Positions 8,504 through 13,698 of a stretch of DNA of 13,698 bases are shown one piece after another. The notes under the pieces are model-generated. The model had not been told where the DNA came from. It worked only from the letters and a program-made list of their open reading frames with translations, and ran no database searches. Every line of letters begins with the position of its first letter. Positions within the stretch are counted from its first letter, which is position 1. The DNA comes from Bdellovibrionales bacterium. GTDB lineage: Bacteria > Bdellovibrionota > Bdellovibrionia > Bdellovibrionales > UBA840. The position numbers and the translations under genes were made by a program. The stretch covers positions 1 through 13,698 of the forward strand of contig JBBKWS010000136.1 in assembly GCA_037969075.1 (NCBI GenBank). The letters run 5' to 3'.

Positions 8504-8740
8504 CTACTCTTCAGTAGGCTCTTCTTCCGCACTGCAACCGTCTTTACCGTCACAACCATCTTTTGCTTTACAACTGTCTTTTTTCTCACCTTTACATTTG
8601 TGATCTTTTTTACCTTTAGCATGTTCTTTTTTAGCATGCTTTTGATCTTTTGCTGAAGCTTTATCAGCAGTAACTGTACCCGCTAATAAACCAACGATAG
8701 CAGCTGCACTTAAAATTTTGGAAATAGAATTCCCTTTCAT
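8504..8740 (-). CDS. Exported Cys-rich RiPP precursor peptide (bufferin-like MNIO substrate)
   Basis: 78 aa with a Sec-like signal (cleavage after VTA25 or ASA30). His35/40/47 lie in a Lys-rich tract; Cys49/57/63/69 lie in KKDHKCKG-E-KKDSCKA-KDGCDG-KDGCSA; acidic tail. RBS GAGGT 5 nt upstream. Directly upstream of DUF692. Confidence 0.88.
   Translation of the reverse strand: MKGNSISKILSAAAIVGLLAGTVTADKASAKDQKHAKKEHAKGKKDHKCKGEKKDSCKAKDGCDGKDGCSAEEEPTEE
8535..8581. repeat. 18-nt-period tandem repeat encoding the K-D-x-C-x-x units
   Basis: caaccgtcttt (8535), caaccatcttt (8553), caactgtcttt (8571). Confidence 0.8.
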
Positions 8741-8759
8741 TCCTTACCTCTTTTTTTGC

Positions 8760-8778
8760 AGTTCACACCATGTGAACT
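8760..8778. promoter_or_regulatory. Perfect inverted repeat, candidate operator or 5'UTR hairpin
   Basis: AGTTCACA-CCA-TGTGAACT, 19 nt upstream of the precursor ATG, in the divergent precursor/mscL region. Confidence 0.55.
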
Positions 8779-8790
8779 ATAGAGTATAAT
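8762..8790 (+). promoter_or_regulatory. Candidate sigma70 promoter toward mscL
   Basis: TTCACA (8762-8767), 17 nt, TATAAT (8785-8790). Confidence 0.5.
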
Positions 8791-8907
8791 TTTTCGCTTT
8801 GTTTGGTTGCTTGTCCAACTATATTTGCCTTTAATCAGAAGGTTTATACTTGACCGATGGGTAGGCTAGGTAGCAAAGATTATGTTTCAATTTTATAAGG
8901 AGAGCCT

Positions 8908-9309
8908 ATGTCTATGATGAAAGAATTTAAAGACTTTGCAGTTAAAGGTAATGTAATTGATTTGGCTGTTGGTGTGGTCATTGGCGCCGCTTTTGGTAAA
9001 ATTATAGCCTCTTTAGTTGCCGACATTATCACTCCGTTGTTAGGGCTAGCTATAGGTGGTGTTAGTTTTAAAGCCCTCAGCCTAACCTTAGTAGAAGCTA
9101 CCGCTGATGCGCCTGCTGTTGCCATAGCTTATGGCAGTTTTTTGCAGCAAATTTTTGATTTTACAATTATTGCATTTTCGATTTTTATGTTTATAAGAGC
9201 CTTTAATTCGTTTAAACGAAAAGAAGAGGCTACTCCTACAATTCCACCAGTGCCAACTAAACAAGAATTACTTTTAGAAGAAATCAGAGATCTTTTAAAA
9301 AAGAACTAG
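8908..9309 (+). CDS. mscL: Large-conductance mechanosensitive channel
   Basis: [42 protein letters not shown]...FDF.IIAF and [18 protein letters not shown] at 8897-8902. Confidence 0.98.
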   Translation: MSMMKEFKDFAVKGNVIDLAVGVVIGAAFGKIIASLVADIITPLLGLAIGGVSFKALSLTLVEATADAPAVAIAYGSFLQQIFDFTIIAFSIFMFIRAFNSFKRKEEATPTIPPVPTKQELLLEEIRDLLKKN

Positions 9310-9677
9310 AGTTCGTAATTTCCTGAGCTCACTCTTAATACCTTTACATTTATCTTACCATCTCTGGAGCCCGGAAGCGCTTCAGAGACAATTACAACAA
9401 ACGCTGATTCAGTACCCTCTTCTCCTAAATTTCCAGTAAGCTGGCAAATACCAACTTCTGGAATATAAGAATGGGAAGATAAACAAACCATAGAGTCATC
9501 TAAGTACACAATATCAGAGTCAGCATTAATGGCCGCTTCTTGTTGAATATAGCCTATGTTTTTTTGCACGTAAGCTTTTGTTAGTGCCCCTGTTTCTAAA
9601 ATCATTCGAGGGGGTTGATCGTTAGCTGTAGCGGATAGAGACAGTAGTAATATAAAAATGTAAGTAAGCTGTTTCAT
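9306..9677 (-). CDS. Small hypothetical exported protein
   Basis: 123 aa, signal peptide [18 protein letters not shown], two Cys (possible disulfide), GAGG upstream. Confidence 0.75.
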   Translation of the reverse strand: MKQLTYIFILLLSLSATANDQPPRMILETGALTKAYVQKNIGYIQQEAAINADSDIVYLDDSMVCLSSHSYIPEVGICQLTGNLGEEGTESAFVVIVSEALPGSRDGKINVKVLRVSSGNYEL

Positions 9678-9732
9678 AGTAAAAACAGCCTCTCATGATT
9701 CTTTTTATAATTGTATTATCATTATTGTATAC

Positions 9733-9757
9733 TGGTTATGCGTTTTTTGCATAACCA
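9733..9757. other. Perfect 9-bp inverted repeat downstream of the large lipoprotein gene
   Basis: TGGTTATGC-GTTTTTT-GCATAACCA. No U-tract follows on the minus strand. Confidence 0.55.
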
Positions 9758-9775
9758 ACTGCTTGTATAATAGAC

Positions 9776-12700
9776 TTATGGGCTCAGTTTTAACTTTCTA
9801 ACAATATGGTTATATTGATCGCACACATATAAATCGCCCACATTATCAAACACGATAGAACTAGGATTATAAAGCCTTGCGTCTGTTCCGTTAGCCCCTT
9901 CTTGCGCGTAGTTCAGCGGAGAACCAGCAACTGGTGTAGATTCAAGCGCTCCTAAAACCGTAGTAATAATACCTGTAGATTTATTGATACATCTAACATT
10001 GTGACGAGCTTGCTGAGAAAAACAAATTTTTGTAGCATCTTGAGCAATCCCCTGCGGAGTATTACATCTAGCACCAATAGAGAGAACGTTTTCATTCGCA
10101 CTGCCAGTAGTTCCATTGTTACAACCTATAGTCCCAATTTGCCCTGCTGGTATTGTCACATTTGCAATTGTCACTGGAGTAGCGCCAAAATTTGCATATC
10201 TAATCTTTGCATTATTTCTATCAGCAATAATTAAATTACCTAAACTATCAGTCACAATACCTGTAGGTCTATTTAATGTAACGACTGTCAGGCCGCCTAA
10301 GTTTGACGTACCATTTGTTGTATTTCCACAAATTCCAACAACCGTAGTGACAACACCTGTGCTATCTACTTTTCTTATACAATGATTTACATGATCAGAT
10401 ATGTATAAAACTCTTGATACTCCAGTACCAAAACCTGCCACATCATTTGGATTATTAAATTGTGCAGAGGTTGCTTGCCCTGTATCACCGCCATAACCCG
10501 CGCCTAATAAATAATCACCAGCTAGTGTAGATACACTATCATCAAGTATATACTGACCAAAGAAAGTATTATCAGCACCTGTACGGTTCCAACCTCTTAT
10601 ATTATTACCAATTGAATTCACATTTACTAGAAGCCCATCACTAAAACTAAAAAGGCCTGACACATAAGTGTTACCACCAACGTTTGTTCGTAAAAACACG
10701 TTTGAAGGGATGTCATTTTCCGTTGTTGGATCCCCCGCCCCTCGTCCCATTGCCGTAGACACACGGCCATAGGCATCGACTTGTCTTACGCGGTAGTTGT
10801 TAGCATCAGTAAAAAATAATTTTCTATCTGTTACATTATACGATAAACCTGAGGGATAAATAAATAGATGCGATGTTGAAGGCAGTTCTACGTCACCCAC
10901 AAAGCCTGATCTTGCTTGCCCACTACCCACTAAATCTGTAACTTTTGAAGTAGCGCCAAGTTCTAAACGTCTAAGTCGATTATTGCTATAATCCGCAAAA
11001 ATAATTGAGTTAGTAGCTGCATAGTACACCATGCCTTGCGGATTATTTACTCTGGCGCTAGAAATTGTTACTCCAGAGCCATTATACCCAGCCATGTTGT
11101 TGGCGCCCGTAAAAAACGTCAATCGCTTTGCTCCGTTTGTTGGAACCGCTATATCCCCGTAGGTTGCCGGCGAACCAGTATTATTACCCACCGTAATCCC
11201 ATCCATATTACTGTAATTATGCGCCACAAATATTGAATTACCGACTACCAAGATTCCAGAAGGATTCGCGATAGGTATCCCCATTGGCGTTGCAGCACTT
11301 TGTACAGTAGTAGTGGCTGTTGTACCATCACCAAACATCGCACCTATTGTATTGTTATTTATAGTTGTAGTGCCCCAAAATGTTTTATTAGCTCCGGATT
11401 GATTGGCAAAATAAATTCTATTTAAATTATTTGAAGCAACATATACACCGTCAGCTGTCGCATCCAGTGCACCGATGTTTTTGGCAGCCGTACTAAACAA
11501 AGCACCTTCTCCTGCGCAAGCTAAACCGTTAGCACAAATATATGTTCTGGCTGTGTCGTTAGTTAAGTCCCAACGCTTTATACGGTTGTTATTTGCGTTA
11601 TCCGCATAGCAGCTGACATATAAATAAGTACCCTGAATGTCTACATCATACGGATTATCACATCGATGGTTCGTCGCTGGCCCATCCATTACATGCGTCG
11701 TACCATTACCTAAAACGGATGCAATTACACCTGACGAGGTTACCTTTTTAATTTTATTACCAGCGTACTCGGCAATATATAGAGTACTTGTGGACTGGTC
11801 GTACGCTAAACCTCTTGGTTGGTTTAGTGAAGATTCAATCGCAAAGCCATCTGGACCCGAAGCGGCCTCGCCAGTACCTGCAACCACTTTAATTTGTCCA
11901 GCAGGAATTAAGACATTTAATCTAGTAACGTCACTTGCCGTTCGATTCCAATACCAAATTACGTGATTGATAAAATCAGAAAAGAATGGATTACTTAAAT
12001 CATCTAAAGCCACATTAATAGGAGAAATTCGAATACCTTGCTGTGATGTGGTTGGCGTAAGCCCATCCCCAATACTAGGAGAGCCTGCATAAGTACAAAC
12101 TTTGCCCTGAGTTAACTGATTACAAGCCGTAGGAAAATAATTTACTTCAGCAGTCCATGTATAAGTATCTGAAATTGACCCGTCACTAACTGTAACACTA
12201 ATATTTACAGACCCAACAATAGAGGCGTGCCCTGTTAATACTGCTGTGCCAGTAGTCCCAACTAAATATGGGGATGCTAAACCATTTAATTTCCAAGTAT
12301 ATGTTAACACATCACTGTTTGGATCCACGGCACTAATGGTAATATTAGTTGTATCACCAACACTCACCTTCGGCGTACCAGTTGTAACAGGCGTTAATAC
12401 AGGTGGGCCGTTTACTTTTACACTCCAAGACTGCTCATCCGAAGAGGAGCTATCAGAAGCATGAACTAATAATGTCCTTGTACCAATGTTGCCAGCATTT
12501 GCTGTCATACTATAAATTGCTGAGGATCCGTTTTGTACTTCTGTAGAGTTCAAACTCCACTTATAGTTAATAGCCTGTGCTGGTGGCGCTTTAGCAACCA
12601 CAGAAAAATCTACGGTCTGTCCCTGCTGAATAACAACAATAGTATTAGATGGTAAAAACTGAGTTATGGTGACAGCATCCACATCTTCGGATCCACCACC

Positions 12701-12784
12701 TGCTAAATCGTCTAACCCACCACCACCACCACCACCGCAGGCAGAAAGTGAAACCAATGCTAATACTAGAAGTAACTTTTTCAT
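9776..12784 (-). CDS. Large surface lipoprotein: Gly linker, two Ig-like domains and NHL-repeat beta-propellers (putative adhesin)
   Basis: Start reassigned to ATG 12784 (MKKLLLVLALVSLSA-C lipobox, then G7). Two beta-sandwich repeats (YKWSLN../YTWKLN..). Many NHL blades (LNQPRGLAYD..LYIAE, FNNPNDV..LYISD, LNRPTGIVTD..LIIAD, LYNPSSIVFD..LYVCD). About 1002 aa. Confidence 0.85.
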   Translation of the reverse strand: MKKLLLVLALVSLSACGGGGGGGLDDLAGGGSEDVDAVTITQFLPSNTIVVIQQGQTVDFSVVAKAPPAQAINYKWSLNSTEVQNGSSAIYSMTANAGNIGTRTLLVHASDSSSSDEQSWSVKVNGPPVLTPVTTGTPKVSVGDTTNITISAVDPNSDVLTYTWKLNGLASPYLVGTTGTAVLTGHASIVGSVNISVTVSDGSISDTYTWTAEVNYFPTACNQLTQGKVCTYAGSPSIGDGLTPTTSQQGIRISPINVALDDLSNPFFSDFINHVIWYWNRTASDVTRLNVLIPAGQIKVVAGTGEAASGPDGFAIESSLNQPRGLAYDQSTSTLYIAEYAGNKIKKVTSSGVIASVLGNGTTHVMDGPATNHRCDNPYDVDIQGTYLYVSCYADNANNNRIKRWDLTNDTARTYICANGLACAGEGALFSTAAKNIGALDATADGVYVASNNLNRIYFANQSGANKTFWGTTTINNNTIGAMFGDGTTATTTVQSAATPMGIPIANPSGILVVGNSIFVAHNYSNMDGITVGNNTGSPATYGDIAVPTNGAKRLTFFTGANNMAGYNGSGVTISSARVNNPQGMVYYAATNSIIFADYSNNRLRRLELGATSKVTDLVGSGQARSGFVGDVELPSTSHLFIYPSGLSYNVTDRKLFFTDANNYRVRQVDAYGRVSTAMGRGAGDPTTENDIPSNVFLRTNVGGNTYVSGLFSFSDGLLVNVNSIGNNIRGWNRTGADNTFFGQYILDDSVSTLAGDYLLGAGYGGDTGQATSAQFNNPNDVAGFGTGVSRVLYISDHVNHCIRKVDSTGVVTTVVGICGNTTNGTSNLGGLTVVTLNRPTGIVTDSLGNLIIADRNNAKIRYANFGATPVTIANVTIPAGQIGTIGCNNGTTGSANENVLSIGARCNTPQGIAQDATKICFSQQARHNVRCINKSTGIITTVLGALESTPVAGSPLNYAQEGANGTDARLYNPSSIVFDNVGDLYVCDQYNHIVRKLKLSP

Positions 12785-12791
12785 AACCTTA

Positions 12792-12799
12792 TTATCGGC
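12792..12799 (-). promoter_or_regulatory. Sigma28 (FliA)-like -10 element
   Basis: Exact GCCGATAA ending 7 nt before ATG 12784. No good TAAA -35 at canonical spacing. Confidence 0.4.
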
Positions 12800-12830
12800 T
12801 AAACAATCTAAATACAATACCGTGAAATTA

Positions 12831-12890
12831 TAGATTCTTATTATGAAACAAAGATTCTTAAAATAAGCTGAGAATTCTAATAATGAGACA
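12831..12890. repeat. Three imperfect 20-bp direct repeats, each with a quasi-palindromic core
   Basis: tagattcttattatgaaaca / aagattcttaaaataagctg / agaattctaataatgagaca. Confidence 0.55.
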
Positions 12891-13023
12891 AACTCGACTA
12901 ATTGATAGCGTCATGGGGTTACCTAGACCAAACTACTGAGTCTACTATCTTACGTCTAGAATATAACGCTCCCCCTAATTCAAATCTTAAATAGATCCGA
13001 GAAATTGGGTAGTGAGGATTAAA

Positions 13024-13632
13024 ATGCGTAATATTATCAAACATCTAGGTAAACTTTATTTATTTATAGCCTTAATAGGCTGTAGCACAGCTAATTTACA
13101 AATCCAAACTGAACCAACAGAATCAGTAATTACCTCTATCGAAAATGGAGCTGAAAAGAAATTAGGCGTAAGCCCACTTATATATGATAAAAACAATTAC
13201 CCGTTTCAGGATCAAAAATTAATACGACTTGTTATTGAAAAACCAGGATATTTAAAAGAGCAAATCGTAATTGAAAATGAATACTTTATGAAAACAGGTC
13301 AAATTAATGTAAAGCTGACGCCCGTTGCAAACTGGAAAGAAGCTTCACAAGATCCACAGGCCAATAAATACTTAAATGACGTGGCCGCGATGGCAGCAGA
13401 AATACAAGCCATGACAGTCAAAAAAGATTTTGCAAACGCAGAGGCACTAACAAAGTCATTAATCAGTCGTTACCCAAAGCTTTCTGTTGGTTACATATTA
13501 ATAGGTAATATTTATTATCTACAGCGTCGAGTTGGAGATGCTACACAAGCCTACTCGAAAGCACTGGATTTAAACCCTGGTGATCAAGAAACTAAGAATA
13601 TTTTAGATAGACTTAAAGGACAAACTTTTTAA
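13024..13632 (+). CDS. Lipoprotein with PEGA-like N-terminal domain and C-terminal TPR repeats
   Basis: ATG 13024 with GAGGA RBS. Lipobox LIG-C. LQIQTEP..S.I.....LGVSPL...L.IEKPGY is PEGA-like. GYILIGNIYYLQRRVGDATQAYSKALDLNP is a TPR. Confidence 0.8.
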   Translation: MRNIIKHLGKLYLFIALIGCSTANLQIQTEPTESVITSIENGAEKKLGVSPLIYDKNNYPFQDQKLIRLVIEKPGYLKEQIVIENEYFMKTGQINVKLTPVANWKEASQDPQANKYLNDVAAMAAEIQAMTVKKDFANAEALTKSLISRYPKLSVGYILIGNIYYLQRRVGDATQAYSKALDLNPGDQETKNILDRLKGQTF

Positions 13633-13644
13633 AAAAGAGATATT

Positions 13645-13698
13645 ATGGTACATTTATTAGGTTTTATATTAGCAATATCAATGATCAAAGTCTGTTTC
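13645..13698 (+). CDS. Start of a probable membrane or exported protein (truncated by window end)
   Basis: ATG 12 nt after the previous stop, open to the window end: MVHLLGFILAISMIKVCF (hydrophobic). Confidence 0.5.
   Translation, partial: MVHLLGFILAISMIKVCF

Noticed and set aside
8504..8740. Methanobactin or oxazolin (EGKCG) assignment for the precursor
   Set aside because: No MbnA-type leader/core, no TonB receptor or MbnC-like gene nearby, and no EGKCG repeats.
8760..8778. Palindrome as a CRP site or CueR/MerR site
   Set aside because: The half-sites are in the opposite order and spacing to CRP TGTGA-N6-TCACA, and the promoter spacer is 17 bp rather than the 19 bp typical of MerR-family promoters.
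8793..8810. SigF-type ECF promoter (GTAACC-N16-CGAA) for the precursor
   Set aside because: The minus strand has GCAACC and CGAA only 8 nt apart, which is the wrong spacing.
8880..9125. 81-aa minus-strand ORF upstream of the precursor
   Set aside because: Antisense shadow of the highly conserved mscL, with no Cys core.
5274..9309. Convergent stop overlaps (GNAT/prfC 8 nt at 5274-5281; mscL/hypothetical 4 nt at 9306-9309)
   Set aside because: Common in compact genomes, with no evidence of antisense regulation.
10001..12464. Five plus-strand ORFs within the large lipoprotein gene
   Set aside because: Antisense shadows expected from the codon bias of a Gly/Thr/Asn-rich gene.
12719..12736. (GGT)6 simple repeat as a phase-variation tract
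   Set aside because: The trinucleotide unit keeps the frame and simply encodes the Gly linker after the lipobox Cys.
1..13698. CRISPR arrays, tRNA/rRNA genes, IS elements, integrases
   Set aside because: No repeat-spacer arrays, RNA gene signatures or transposase/recombinase ORFs were seen, and intergenic gaps are short.

Overview
AT-rich bacterial DNA with about 16 tightly packed genes. The style (many short exported hypotheticals, a giant Ig/NHL lipoprotein, a sigma28-like box) suggests a Bdellovibrionota-like host, which is inference only. Housekeeping genes: the 3' end of a PlsC acyltransferase, a second acyltransferase in an operon with an ABC-2 (YadG/YadH-like) transporter, a JmjC/cupin oxygenase, a GNAT, prfC and mscL. 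The main find is a three-gene RiPP-type cluster on the minus strand (8740-6892). It encodes a 78-aa exported precursor with a His/Lys-rich segment and four Cys in K-D-x-C repeats, a DUF692 multinuclear non-heme iron enzyme (MNIO), and a DUF2063-type partner. A strand-specific GNRA hairpin sits between precursor and enzyme, and a perfect inverted repeat lies upstream. The architecture matches bufferin/oxazolin copper-binding RiPPs, but the precursor looks like a distinct compact variant, and no DoxX or ECF sigma/anti-sigma gene is adjacent. Also notable: a ~1000-aa Ig+NHL lipoprotein divergent from a TPR lipoprotein across a 20-bp-periodic motif array, and an orphan exported protein with a possibly RelE-like C-terminus. 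All assignments are by eye; no searches were run.
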